A stretch of 64,000 bases of DNA from Octopus sinensis (taxonomy: Eukaryota), in contig NC_043016.1 in NCBI RefSeq assembly GCF_006345805.1, positions 8,556,001-8,620,000 on the forward strand, in the 5' to 3' direction. Under the pieces are notes generated by a model. The model was not told the DNA's origin, did not search any database, and was given only the letters and a program-made list of their open reading frames with translations. Below, one piece after another: positions 38,386 through 51,529 of this stretch. Position numbers and translations under genes: made by a program. How positions within the stretch are numbered: the first letter of the stretch is position 1; the number at the start of each line of letters is the position of its first letter.

Positions 38386-38955
38386 ATATTAATAGTTATC
38401 GCCAAGCTAATATTGCAGTCCATAAATATAGGACGAAAGCTGCCGTTGATTAGCTCCAAGAGGCCATCGCCTATAGCTAGCTATATGACACACGAACCTG
38501 TGTCCATTTTAATCTTCGAACAGGGGAGGTCAGCCACTTCCCCTTGCTGGTCAGGCATCTGCAGACATGTTTCAGGGTATTTGCCCTTTATCAATGCAGA
38601 GTAGCCGAACCCAGCAGGTGTTGCTACTGACCGTCAGTTTGAAGGATTATTTACCTAAATTCAGTGGAACACATCCACTGGTTTTCAAAAATAGAAATAT
38701 TATTATTTCTAAGTCTCTCTAAAGAAGACTACGGCAGTGGTACTGGATATTAATAGTTATCGCCAAGCTAATATGGCAGTCCATAAGTATAGGATGAAGG
38801 TTATAATGGACACCCTGTTCGAAGGTTATAATGGACACAGGTTTGTGTGTCATAGAGCTAGCTAGAGGCAATGACCTCTTGAAGCTAATCAATGGCAGCT
38901 TTCGTCCTATATTTATGAACTGCCACATTAGCTTTAACGATAACTATTAATATCC
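38386..38955. repeat. Palindromic element with ~140-bp inverted arms enclosing a hammerhead-like motif
   Basis: 38386-38525 vs the reverse complement of ~38810-38955; an extra direct partial arm at 38745-38795. Confidence 0.8.
38558..38600 (-). ncRNA. Degenerate type-I hammerhead-like motif (third family)
   Basis: TCTGCA TTGATAA AGGG-caaata-CCCT GAAA CATG TC TGCAGA. Perfect 6-bp stem I, 4-bp stem II, palindromic ACATGT and GUC triplet; the core has 2 substitutions vs CTGATGA. Confidence 0.6.
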
Positions 38956-39411
38956 AATACCTATTTCTTTACTACCCACAAGGGGCTAAACACAGAGAGG
39001 ACAAACAAGGACAGACAAATGGATTAAGTCAATTATATCAACCTCAGTGCATAACTGGTACTTATTTAATCAACCCCGAAAGAATGAAAGGCTAAGCCAA
39101 CCCCAACAGAATTTAATGGATGAAACAGGATGAAACCTGGGTCCAACTCGGAACATAAAGACGGACGAAATGCCACTAAGCATTTTGCCCGGCGCAGTAA
39201 CGATTCTGCCAATACGCTGCCTTAACTGTTAATTTCCAATACCGCTGCCGTAGTCTCCTTTAGAGTGACTAAGAAATAATAATATTTGTATTAGTAACAG
39301 AAAAGATCTCTCTCTATTTGTCTATCACTTTCATTTATGCTATTCTCATTAGAAATTTTCCCCTCTCTATATATATATTTACCGTACTCTCTCTCAATCG
39401 TTGTACATATA

Positions 39412-39830
39412 TGGGATCTTTTCGGTTTGAACGGCAGTTTTTTCTAGCAGTGTCATATGAAATTGTCACCCATAATTATGACCCTAGTATCGATCTATTG
39501 CATTTCAATCTGTTTTAGGGTTAGGGTTAGGGGTGGGGAGAAGGGTATCTTTTTTTTTTCACAAATGTAAATAAAACCAATCTGTTTCTTAAACGAGGGA
39601 CATATTCATACAGCACAGAATGTTTTCACCTCAATAGACATCATTGATTGGTTGAAATTGCAGAAATTGAAAAAAAAACCAACAAATATCTTACAAACTA
39701 TAGGATTTTCTCAATAAAGCCAAGAGAAAAAGATGTTTCATAAACACATTCTACCAGTATACGAAGTTTAAAATTTTTTAGTTACCTAGAAATTATGTTG
39801 AAAACTGCCATTCAAACCGAAAAGATCCCA
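39412..39830. mobile_element. TA-flanked MITE with ~30-bp TIRs
   Basis: TGGGATCTTTTCGGTTTGAACGGCAGTTTT / AAAACTGCCATTCAAACCGAAAAGATCCCA. Confidence 0.85.
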
Positions 39831-40444
39831 TATGTGTATCACTCACACTGAGTGTATGTATGTGTGTATGCATGTGTGTAAGGAATTTCATTAGGATGAC
39901 AGAGTCAAAAGACTTTCACAAAATATCAGCAGTGAGCTAAGAAAAATCATTACATCTATGCACCAACTGGAAAAACAAAAGCTTAGTTTATCAATACATT
40001 ATAAATTGTCCTTAAATAATACTGAAACCTGTCCTGACCAAGAGGCCTATCCTTCAGGGAAGATGTGGTTTGACAGAACAGAAATAAATTGAAATAAAGG
40101 TATTTTATTGTGAAAACTGCCTGGCAACAACAGGATACTCAAATAGTATAATATTTCTTTGAAGTGTGTTGTCCTTTATTACAAACCAATGTAAAATATA
40201 TCACTAGCGAAATTCATATATGTAAGGAATTTTATATATCTATTTGTTAAAAGGAATTGTTATTTAGTAACATATCCTTTACAGGAAGTAAAGGAAAAAG
40301 TATTAAAAGGACAAAAAATTAAATTATTAAGGAAAAAATAAACAAAAACAGAATTGCTTCAACAAAGAAACAAAGAAAAACAAAAAGGAGGGAGAATTAA
40401 GCGGTAAAATGTGAGGGTGGGACAGAATAACAGGAGTGTACAAC

Positions 40445-40730
40445 CTGTTCGAAAGGCACCACCATAGAAAATAGCTAGCGACATTCACTGTAATAGCCAA
40501 CCCACCTCGTGAGACTCATTTCTCAGGCAGGCTACTGTTATTTTGATTTTATGGAGGAAATCAGTAGTGTGGGGTCCAAGAATACCTGAGCTCTCAACAG
40601 AGACTGGCAGAAACAGATAGCAGCCAGGTAGGCTCTTGTATCTGTTTAACTTCGTTTCCTCAGCATTATGGTTGGTGGTACCCAGGTTTGCAGCCAATGC
40701 CACAAGGTTGGAGACAGAGAACATAGCACA
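40445..40730 (-). mobile_element. CRE-like non-LTR element RLE remnant
   Basis: AEETKLNRYKSLPGCYLFLPVSVESSGILGPHTTDFLHKI resembles the AE..K..KY..L...F.P..VE..G..G C-terminus. Confidence 0.6.
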
Positions 40731-41483
40731 GCAAGTCGTTATATCTTTTATCCTTTGTTTGTTTCAGTCATTGGACAGCAGCCATACTGAGGCACTGCCT
40801 TGAAGAATTTTAGTCAAACAAATCAACCCCAATATTGTGGGATTCTTTTAATTTTTTTTTTTAAGCCTGATACTTTTTAAGGGTCTCTAATGCTGAACTG
40901 CTCAACTATGGCAATATAAACAAATCAACACCCGGTTGACAATGGTGAGAAGGCTGGGGACAAACTCAAAGATGTTCCACACTTCTTGACCAAATATTCA
41001 CACAAAGATTTGGCTAGTCCAGAGGGAGAGGGAGTTGATGGGAATTTATCTTCCTGCCAGCAATACAGAAGAGTACATTTTACACCAAAAGCTTATGAGA
41101 GATTTCTGTCATGGTATCTACCACAATTAAGTTTGTTCCAACAGAACATCCACATTTAAGTGGGAATAAATATAGTCTAGTATCAATACTGCCAGTCGCT
41201 AATATATATTTTATAGTAGAAGACACTTGCCCAAGGTGATACACAGTGGGATTGAACCCAGAACCATGTAGTTTGGAAGCCACACCCACACTTACACCCA
41301 CCCATATATATATACATAGGCGTAGGAATGGCTGTGTAGTAAGTAGCTTGCTTACGAACCACATGGTTCTGGGTTCAGTCCCACTGCGTGGTACCTTGGG
41401 CAAGTGTCTTCTACTATAGCCTCGGGTCAACCTAAGCCTTGGGTGGATTTGGTAGACGGAAACTGAAAGAAGCCCATCGTATG

Positions 41484-41516
<33 letters not shown>

Positions 41517-41760
41517 TAATAATATATATATGTATGTATGTATGAGTGTGTATATGTTTGTGTGCCTGTGTTTTGTCCCCCCAACATTGCTCGACAACCG
41601 ATGCTGGTGTGTTTACGTCCCCGTAACTTAGCAGTTCGGCAAGAGACCAATAGAATAAGTACTAGGCATCCAAAGAATAAGTCCTGGGTTTGATCTGCTT
41701 GACTAAAGGTGGTGCTCCAGCATGGCCACAGTCAAATGACTGAAACAAAAGAGTAAAGAG

Positions 41761-41796
<36 letters not shown>

Positions 41797-43589
41797 TATA
41801 TATTACTTGTCTCAGTCATTCAACTGACACATATGTACACAGATACATAAACACACACACACACACACAAAATGGTAGTTCAGCTATCAGGTGAACATTA
41901 AGTGATACCTGACACAACAGATCTACCATTGTTCTCCATTGTAGCAACTTTGTAGAGTAAGTTAATCAACCGCATCAAACCAAAGATATATGGCAACATC
42001 TGACCTACATTGCATCACTCACGTGTTACAGTTACTCGTTAAAGAGTCCATTATTTTTACATAGCTTCAGTGAACATCGTTACAGACTCTGCATTTATTG
42101 AGATTAAAAATCTGAGTAGTGAATGTAATCCCTGACTAATCTGATAAACTCAAATTTTATTAGAATATATTTAAGAAGTAAATAATGACTGCAATTCCTG
42201 ATAAACTCAGCTTTAACTGGATTATATTTAAGAGCTGATTAATGATTGTAATCCCTGATTAATCATATAAACTCAGATACACATTCAACCAGAAAAAAAA
42301 ATAGACGTCTATCCTGAAAAAGATATTTCAAAATGTCTATATGGAAGACACTGTTGTCTTTATTTTTTTATCTTATCTATTTTTCCATGGCATTAACCAA
42401 AAGGAAAGGCCAGTGCCCATGACACTCTCAGGCCCTCCCAGCTGGATGAGATTGATGTAGTTAATGTTCAGTTTAAATATCTGTAAATCAACACCTGCAG
42501 AAAAAAAAAATTTAATGGACAGGTTAGGAAATTCCACACAGTTGTGTGTTAACTCAAACTCTGAAGAGAAAGGATTAAGGAAAGTGATCAGTGAGGAATA
42601 TTTATATTTCTGGAAATAAACACCCACCCTGTTATCACCCAGTGTAAATTTTACAATATGAGACCTAACTGCAGTCAAGGAAATCCTGGAGGAAATTAAC
42701 AAATGTTATTTCTGAGAATAATGCAATAGTTTAAATTCAAAGATCCAATCTTTTGTGTAGAACCAATCTGAATAAATGATGATTTTATAATAACTATGGA
42801 GATTAATAATATGGGATTGTTGAATAAAGCATAAAGCATAGCAAAGAAAAAAAAAAGAAAGAGAAAAATAATTTATAAACCAATCAACTTAACAAGTGAG
42901 ATGAGATTGTTGACCATCTAATTTAGTAACAATCAGTTTACCAATAAACAATATAGTTTTTGTCCTCTAAAGAGGCTGCACAACAATAAGCTTCCTAACC
43001 GATAGAAGACTTGAGACAGACACAGACATGACACAGGCCACTCAGGAGATATAATATATTCTCATTACAGCAAAGTGTTTGACTCTAATGACATGCCAAT
43101 GACAGAGCCTCTGCATGGTGTCTCGACTAACCAAACCTTGCCTAATGTTACACCCAACTAACTTTAGAGAAAAAGAGGAAAAGACACATTGAATAATGTA
43201 ATCCTAGGTATACTGTAATGTGAAGGCACATGGCTCAGTGGTTAGGGTATCCACCTCACAATCACGAATTAGTGAGTTCGATTCCCAGAGAGGGCTGTGT
43301 GGTGTGTTCTTGAGCAAGACACTTTATTTCACATTGCTCCAGTTTACTCAGCTGTAGAGACGAGTTGCAATGTCACTGGTGCCAAGCTGTATTGGCCACT
43401 TTGCCTTTCCCTTAGATAGCATCAGTGCATGGAGAGAGGGGAGGCAGGTATGCATGGGCAACTGCTGGTCTTCCATAAACAACCTTAGCTGCTCTTGTGC
43501 CTAGAAGGGGAACTTTCTAGGTGCAATCCTATGGTCATTCATGACCTCAGGTATCATCATCATCATTTAATATTTATTTTTCATGTTGA

Positions 43590-44432
43590 TGAAGCATCAG
43601 ATGTGGTGTGCAAGAGAGACGTTTGTGCTGGTATGGGCATGTGGTGAGAATGGATGAAGATAGTTGTGTGAAAAAGTGTCACACCCTAGCGGTTGAGGGA
43701 ACCTGTGGAAGAGGCAGACCCAGGAAAACCTGGGACAAAGTGGTGAAGCACGACCTTCGAACTTTAGGTCTCACTGAAGAAATGACCAGAGACCGAGACC
43801 TCTGGAAGTATGCTGTGCGTGAGAAGACCCAGCAGGACAAGTGAGACCATAACCCGTGGCCTTCTGCATGGGATGTAGCCAGCCCACTTATGCATACCTT
43901 CCCTTCTTGGGACACAAAACTCTACTTGTGAAGACCTGTTGAGGTAAGTGAGAATCAGAATCAGAATCGAAATCGATCAATGGAAATTGCAGCTGAGTTA
44001 CCAGTGCCGGTGGCACGTAAGGGAACCATCCGAATGTGGTCGTTGCCAGCGCCGCCCCGACTGGCCGCGTGCTGGCGGCACGTAAAAAGCTCCATCCATT
44101 CATGGCTGTTGCCAGCGCCGCCCCGACTGGCCTCATGCCGGTGGCACGTAAAAAGCACCATCCGTTCGTGTCCGTTGCCAGCCTCGCCTGGCCCCCGTGC
44201 CTGTGGCACATAAAAAGCACCATCCGATCGTGGCCGTTTGCCAGACTCGTCTGGCACGTAAAAAGCACCCACTATACTCATGAAGTGGTTGGCGTTAGGA
44301 AGGGCATCCAGCCGTAGAAACATTGCCAGATCAAACTGGGCCTGGTGCAGCCTTCTGGCTTCCCAGACCCCAGTTGAACCGTCCAACCCATGCTAGCATG
44401 GAAAGCGGACACTAAACGATGATGATGATGAT
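43590..44432 (+). mobile_element. RTE-clade LINE 3' end plus repeat-bearing 3' UTR and (GAT)n tail
   Basis: RRLCWYGHVVRMDEDSCVKKC..GTCGRGRPRKTWDKVVKHDLRTLGLTEEMTRDRDLW, stop ~43844, then the GGTGGCACGTAAAAAGCACC repeats and the CCCATGCTAGCATGGAAA..(GAT)n end. Confidence 0.9.
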
Positions 44433-45692
44433 GGTTTGACAGAGTCTGATATGTCAAAGGACAGAATTGACCTCCAGTGTCTGGTATGGACTTCGTTGGC
44501 ATTAGGATGCCCTTCTTAATGCCAACCACTCTACATAGTGTACCAGCTGCTTTTCTCATGCCTTCTGCACTATAGGGGGTCACCAGGCAGTTTGCAGAAC
44601 TATAAGCTGACACCACCATTGACACCACCATCCCTCGCGCATCTCTGGGGAAGGTTTGTGGGGCAGCTTCATGCCGGAAAACAAAGGGAATTACTTTGAG
44701 AGAGAAAGGCAGAGCAAGTTCCTGCAGAGGGATCAGCATGGCTTCTGACATCAAGTATGGGGAAAGTGGGGAAGTGAAACAGAAAGAGGACAGTCACAGA
44801 TGGAATGCCTTTCATCATATGTTGATCCAGCAACAGCAACAGCAGCTGCTGCTTCTGCTACTACTACTTCTACTAAGGTTTCAGGCATTATCTAGGAAGC
44901 AGAATAACTGGAGTCAAAAAAATAGAAAATTCCTTCTGAGAAAATCATTAAAAGTAATCACTTGTTATTGACAGTGGATACTTACCTAATTAGATATAAT
45001 GAGTGGTTATCCTTCAAGGTTCATTTATAAAACAAGACCAGGCCTTGTTTTATAAATGGCGACCAGCAATAAGTAAAAGTAGAATATATAAGTTTCATTT
45101 TTTGGGGCCGGGGGGGGGGGTCTTTTCTCTGTTTCTTCTTTTTTTTTTTTGTGTAACATAAATTGAAATTGTGGATAGCAGCAAGAATGCTGAAACATTG
45201 GCAGAGGCTGAACTATCAATTAACAATTGCAGGAGGGGAAATATATATAAGCTGTAACATTTCAGTTCAGTTCTCTTAAACTAAATTAATTACTTGCTTT
45301 AGTCATTTGACTGCAGTCATGCTGGAGCACCGCCTTTAGTGGAACAAATCAACCCCAGAACTTCTTTGTAAGCCAAGTATTTTTGTTGAACTGTTAAGTT
45401 ATGGGAACGTAAACACACCAACATCGGTTGTGAAGTGGTGGTAAGGGGGACAAATACATACATACATATATATATATATGTACTATGGGCTTCTTTCAGT
45501 TTCCATCTACCAAATCCATTCACAAGGTTTTGGTAGGCCTGAGGCTATAGTAAAAGACACTTGCCCGAAGTGCCATGCAGTGGGACTGAACCCAGAACTA
45601 TGTGGTTGGGAAATAAGCTTCTTAACTACACAGCTGCATCTGCATCTATGTATGTATGTCATGTGTGTGTGTGTGTGTATACACACACACAT

Positions 45693-45740
<48 letters not shown>

Positions 45741-46239
45741 TCATCATCATCATCATTTAACATCCATTGTCCATGCTGACATGGGTTGAATGGCTTGATC
45801 AGGGTTGGTAAGCTGAGGGGCTACACCAGATTCCAGTCCGATTTGGCATGGTTTCAATGACTGGATGCCCTTCCTAATGCCAACCACTCCAAGAGTGTAA
45901 TGGGTGTTTTTACATGCCACCCGAACAGGTACACACACATGCACACACACAGATATAAGAAGCTAAAAGAAAACGTAGCGAATAGTACAAATGCAATGCT
46001 ATTTGATAAATGGTCAGTTTGAAACAAGGAACTAGGAAAAGGAGGATTCAGCAATATTAAATGTAATAAATGTATCTCTGGCAGACATGTACTTTAATTC
46101 CAGTCCAAGCCATACTAGCATGGAAAAACTGACATTGAACAAATGAACATGTAATACAGTTCTATATTTAAGAGATGAGGAATTATGTACATTATTTACC
46201 TTATTTACATTTGACAGATATTTGTCCTCGTCTGTTGTT

Positions 46240-46285
46240 AACACAATGTTTCGGCTGATATACCCTCCAGCCTTCATCAGGTGTC
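46240..46285 (-). ncRNA. Hammerhead-like motif, left arm of foldback 2 (stem III mutated)
   Basis: GACAC CTGATGA A GGCTG..CAGCC GAAA CA TT GTGTT. CG>CA decay breaks the stem III palindrome. Confidence 0.6.
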
Positions 46286-46354
46286 TTGGAGAAATTTCAA
46301 ACCAGAGTTCTCATTCCTAAGGTATTTTTCAATATTATCATTATTATCATCATC

Positions 46355-46388
<34 letters not shown>

Positions 46389-46586
46389 TTATTCAGATCA
46401 CTGCCTGGAATCGAACTCAAGCGCGGGCTACTAACCCCAAGATTCTGAGTTCAATTCCAGGCAGTGACCTGATAATGATGATGATAAAAATAATAATAAT
46501 AATAATAATAATAATTATAATTATAACAACAACAACAACATCGAAAAATACCTAGGAATGAGAACCCAGGTTCGAAATTTCCCCAA

Positions 46587-46632
46587 GACACCTGATGAAG
46601 GCTGGAGGGTATATCAGCTGAAACGCTGTGTT
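46587..46632 (+). ncRNA. Hammerhead-like motif, right arm of foldback 2 (U16.1 mutated)
   Basis: GACAC CTGATGA A GGCTG..CAGCT GAAA CG CT GTGTT. Confidence 0.6.
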
Positions 46633-47779
46633 AACAACAAAACAAGATGAGAACAAATATCTGTCTAATATAAATAATGTAAATAATATAAATGAATATA
46701 TTCTTTTCTACTCTAGGCATCAGACCCAAAATTCTTTGGGGAGTGGCCCAGTCAATTAGATCAACCCCAGTATGCAACTTGTACATAATTTATCGACCCA
46801 GAAAGGACAAAAGGCAAAGTCGACCTCGGTGGAATTTGAACTCAGAACATATATAACATTAACGTCTTTATGTTTGCTTTTCTATAATTCCTGTTTTAGT
46901 TCTTATTCAAGATGGATCAAAAACCCACCTCTGGTTAACACTTCCCAGTTTCTTTATATGGTTTCTATAGTTGTATATCCTTCCTAACACCAACACCTTT
47001 ACAGAATGTACAGGGTGCATTATATTTTGGCACAAGAACTTGAGAGGTTGTCACGTCTTCAGTAAAACTAAAGAGTCCTCACTCTATTTTACAATGTCTC
47101 TATTTATGTGCATGTGCACAATACACATGCAAAGACATATATATATATATATATAATATATATATAGTTTGTTATAAGGCGGCAAGCTGGCAGAAACGTT
47201 AGCACGCCGAGTGAAATGCATAGCCATATTTCGTCTGCCGTTACGTTCTAAGTTCAAATTCCGCCAAGGTCAACTTTGGCTTTCATCTTTTCGGGGTCGA
47301 TAAATTAAGTACCAGTTACGCACTGGGGTTGATATAATCGACTTAATTCGTTTGTCTGTTCTTGTTTGTCCTCTCTGTGTTTAGTCCCTTCTGGGTAGTA
47401 AAGAAATATATATATAGTTCGTTTATCTGTTTTTGTTTTTATGTTTTTGTTTCTCATTGTGTTCAACGTTTCTTTGATGTCCTGTACCCATATATAAAAG
47501 TATATATACATATATACGTAACATATATGTATGTATATATGCATATATTTATATATTATTTATATTATATATATATCCATCTTTTATTAACTTCAATCAC
47601 TGGACTGTGGCCATGCTGAGGCACCTACTTGGAAAGTTCTTAATTGATTATATCAACGTTATTATTTATTTCATCAGTTTCTATCTGTTGTACCACTAAG
47701 TTGCAGGGTATAATGGGACAAATAACAGTATCATATTTCTTTTTTTACACCATTATAAATTAAAACTCAATTATGGACA

Positions 47780-47814
<35 letters not shown>

Positions 47815-48345
47815 CTTGTGTGTGTGTGTGTGTGTGTGTGTGTATTTGTGTGAATGTGTGTGTGTGTTCACAAGTTTTTGTGCAGTTTCTACCTACCTAA
47901 TTCCAAATATTGGTCAGTCTGAGATTATAACACACTTGACCAATGAGCCAACCATACAGTAGGATTGAACCTGAAACCACATACTCACAAAGAAAACTTC
48001 TTAACCACACGGCCTAACTTACACCTGCATCAATTATTATTTCAGTTTTGAACGTTTTGTTACTCATACACTCCTCAGATGGGGGCTCGAAGAAGAATTA
48101 CCTCTCTGGTCAGTTAAATCGGCTTTTGTTAATCGCCAGCACAAAGAATATAGCTGCGGAATACTTAACAGTTACAGAAGAACATACCCACAGAGATGGA
48201 GAACTGAGAGCTTTGTGTGTGATAACTATGACAACGAAGCATCTCAAGATGTGGAATCTTATTAAGTTCCAATCTGAGATAATTGGCTGGTGTGGTGCAA
48301 AGAAAAGAATGCATGTTCCTTCAAGTATTTATTGTGGTAATATGT

Positions 48346-48390
<45 letters not shown>

Positions 48391-48548
48391 GGAGAGGAAG
48401 AGAATGCAATCAGGAAAATGAAAGAAAAAAAAACTGATATTTTGTTTCAAATATATCGACTACTATGCCATCATCACACCTGCGTTTCATGAAGTTTTCA
48501 ATATATTCCTAATTGGGATGGCAGTGTTGGTGGTAGAAATGACAGTGG

Positions 48549-48583
48549 TTAACAGCAGCAGCAGCAGAAGAAGAAGCAGCAGC

Positions 48584-48621
<38 letters not shown>

Positions 48622-48663
48622 CAGCAGCAGGAGACGCAGCAGCAGCAGCAGTAGTAGTAATAA

Positions 48664-48717
<54 letters not shown>

Positions 48718-48868
48718 CAGCAGGAGACGCAGCAGCAGCAGCAGCAGAAGCAGTAGTAGTAGTAGTAGTAGGAGGAGGAGGAGGAGGAGGAGAGAAGCAG
48801 CAGTAGCAGAAGCAGCAGTAGTAGTAGTAGTAGTAGCAGCAGCAGCAGGAGAAGCAGCATAGGTGGCG

Positions 48869-48911
<43 letters not shown>

Positions 48912-48940
48912 TAGTAGCAGCAGCAGAAGCAGCAGTAATG
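48549..48940. repeat. Compound (AGC)/(AGT)/(AGG) trinucleotide array
   Basis: Direct reading; the internal block GCAGCAGCAGGAGACGCAGCAGC is duplicated. Confidence 0.95.
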
Positions 48941-49605
48941 AAGTTGGTGACAAGATGTCAGTGGTGGAAATGGCCGTGACTTGTTCAGCATGATGATAGT
49001 GATGATATCAGTGATGTCATCACTGACAATAAAAATGGTTCAAATGCTGCTGCTGCTGATTCTACTACTGCCACTGCTATTGATGCTGATGCTGCTGCTG
49101 ATGATGATGCTACTGCTGCTGCTAATGATGGTTTGAATGTCTACTAGTAAACACTTTACCTTCTAGTCATAAGTTTTGTTTAAAAGATCTTACGATGGTG
49201 ATGATTATGATGTCTTAAGAAAATTTTGACAACTTATTTGTCAAACCAAATGAAATGTCTTGAAACATTTATCAGGTTTCTTTCAAACAAGAAACGATGA
49301 TGATGATGAAGATGACAACAGTGATGGTGATGATGATGATGGTGATGATGATGACGATAACAGTGGTGGTGATGATGGTGGAGATGATGGTGATGATGGT
49401 GGTGGTGGTGGTGGTGATGGTGATGATAATGACGTCAAGGATGGTGATTTCTAATTAAGACACAAGCCCAGCAGTTTTGAGGAGAAGAGGTTAATCAATT
49501 ACACTGACACCAGTACATGACTGGTACTTTATTTTAAAGGCCTCAATAAAATGCGAGGCAGAGGGATTAGAAACCAGCATGTAAAAATATTATTATTATT
49601 ATTAT

Positions 49606-50218
49606 GCCAGCTCCGCCCCGACTGGCTCCTGTGCCAGTGGCACATAAAAAGCACCATCCGAACGTGGCCGATGCCAGCACCGCCCCGACTGGCTTCTGTG
49701 CTGGTGGCACATAAAAAGCACCATCCGAACGTGGCCGATGCCAGCGCGGCCCTGACTGGCTCCTGTGCCGGTGGCACATAGAAAGCACCATCCGAACGTG
49801 GCCAATGCCAGCGCCGCCCCGACTGGCTTCTGTGCTGGTGGCACATAAAAAGCACCATCCGAACGTGACCGATGCCAGCGCCGCCCCGACTGGCTTCTGT
49901 GCCGGTGGCACATAAAAAGCACCATCCGAACGTGACCGATACCAGCGCCGCCTTGACTGGCTTCTGTGCCAGTTGCATGTAAAAAACACCAACTGATCAT
50001 GGCCACTGCCAGCCTTCCCTGGCACCTGTGCCAGTGGCATGTAAAAAGCACCCACTACACTCACGGAGTGGTTGGCGTTAGGAAGGGCATCCAGCTGCAG
50101 AAACACTGCCAGATCAGACTGGAGCCTGGTACAGCCTCCTGGCTTCCCAGACCCCAGTTGAACTGTCCAACCCATGCTAGCACGGAAAACGGGCGTTAAA
50201 CGATGATGATGATGATGA
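49606..50218 (+). mobile_element. RTE 3' UTR fragment with six tandem 67-bp units
   Basis: Units start at 49606, 49673, 49740, 49807, 49874 and 49941, with a partial unit at 50008; (GAT)n tail. Confidence 0.9.
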
Positions 50219-51067
50219 GATCATTTGCTTGATGAACTCATCCACCTTTTGGGCATAATTCCAAAAGTCAGTAATCCTTGGACACTAAGTATACAGATTT
50301 ATTTCATGGTTCTGTACACATTTCAGATAGGCCTGTCCGAGAGCACTTCCTATGCCTGTAGGGATGTCACTAATGTAACATAGGTATCCTTATTTAAGAC
50401 TGACCTGGGGTTAACCAACAACAACAACAACAATCCACCTTTCACAGCACATGCACAATTGCCACCCAATAAGATAAACCGACCAATACACCATCAACAA
50501 TCATATAATTGATATTGTACAAATTTTTCACTCAATAACATAAGATAATCCACACAAACCACACAGTGCGTCCTGTATGCAAGCACCACCATCACAACCC
50601 CATACTAAAACAACTCATATAATACACATGAAACACAACTATCCAATGAAATTATACAACTCATCCAGCCAGGAAGTGTAATGACAACTGCTTTTGATTC
50701 TGATAGGATCCTATGGAAGAGATGTCTGAGACTCAATGTCCTTGACCATCCTGGGAATAGTGGGCAGAGAAAAACGGATGGATATTCTTAGTATTAAACA
50801 AATGAAATGCTAAATATTTTGTGATGCACATGGTATTATAGATTTTTTTAAAAACTATTTTGGCCTCAGTTCAAGATGTGTATTATGCATAACAGCATGT
50901 TATGCAGTAAATAAATCATTATACAGAATAATGAAACAGCAAAATTAATGCCACCACGAAATAAAATTGATGTAGTATACAACCAGTTCAATGAGATAAT
51001 GCTGCAGACTTCTTAAAATATAGAAATATACCCAGCAGTGCAGTGGAAACATAAAACAGTTAAAAAC

Positions 51068-51098
<31 letters not shown>

Positions 51099-51478
51099 GG
51101 GCACTGTTAGAATTTTCTTCAGGTCGAGTAGCCCATCCTGCTCAAAAGGTCCCTGAATAAGGTTTGTTTAAGGATGTTGAACGAAACACCCATGTTTCCA
51201 GAGGTGAATTATTCAAACCCCAAAGAATCCCTCTCAACACATGGCTAGGATGCTCCCCCACTACTTCTGCTCGTGATCAGAGATGCACATATCGTCAGCC
51301 ACTAAGGGACATGCTCAACTGGTTAAGGTCAAACAACTGACAAGCAAATCTGTGGTTTTGAGCAGAATATTTGCTGTAGCCCATCTTTTGTACCAAGACA
51401 AAACAATGTACATTAAAACACTTCCAATCAGTTAAGATCAGAAACCATGAGAGCCACTACCTGGTACTACATCAAGGC

Positions 51479-51529
<51 letters not shown>

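Larger units (their letters stand above)
46155..46680. mobile_element. Non-coding foldback element 2 (same arms, larger nested centre)
   Basis: Outer arms 46201-46330 / 46543-46677, then (ATT)n/(AAT)n, then inner 26-bp arms 46394-46419 / 46446-46471 around a 26-nt loop. Confidence 0.8.

Noticed and set aside
48048-48437. 129-aa ORF
   Set aside because: No family motif recognised with confidence; ends in a (GA)n repeat.
49606-50075. CRISPR-like array
   Set aside because: Units repeat along their whole length with no unique spacers, there are no cas genes, and it is the 3' UTR of a eukaryotic RTE LINE.
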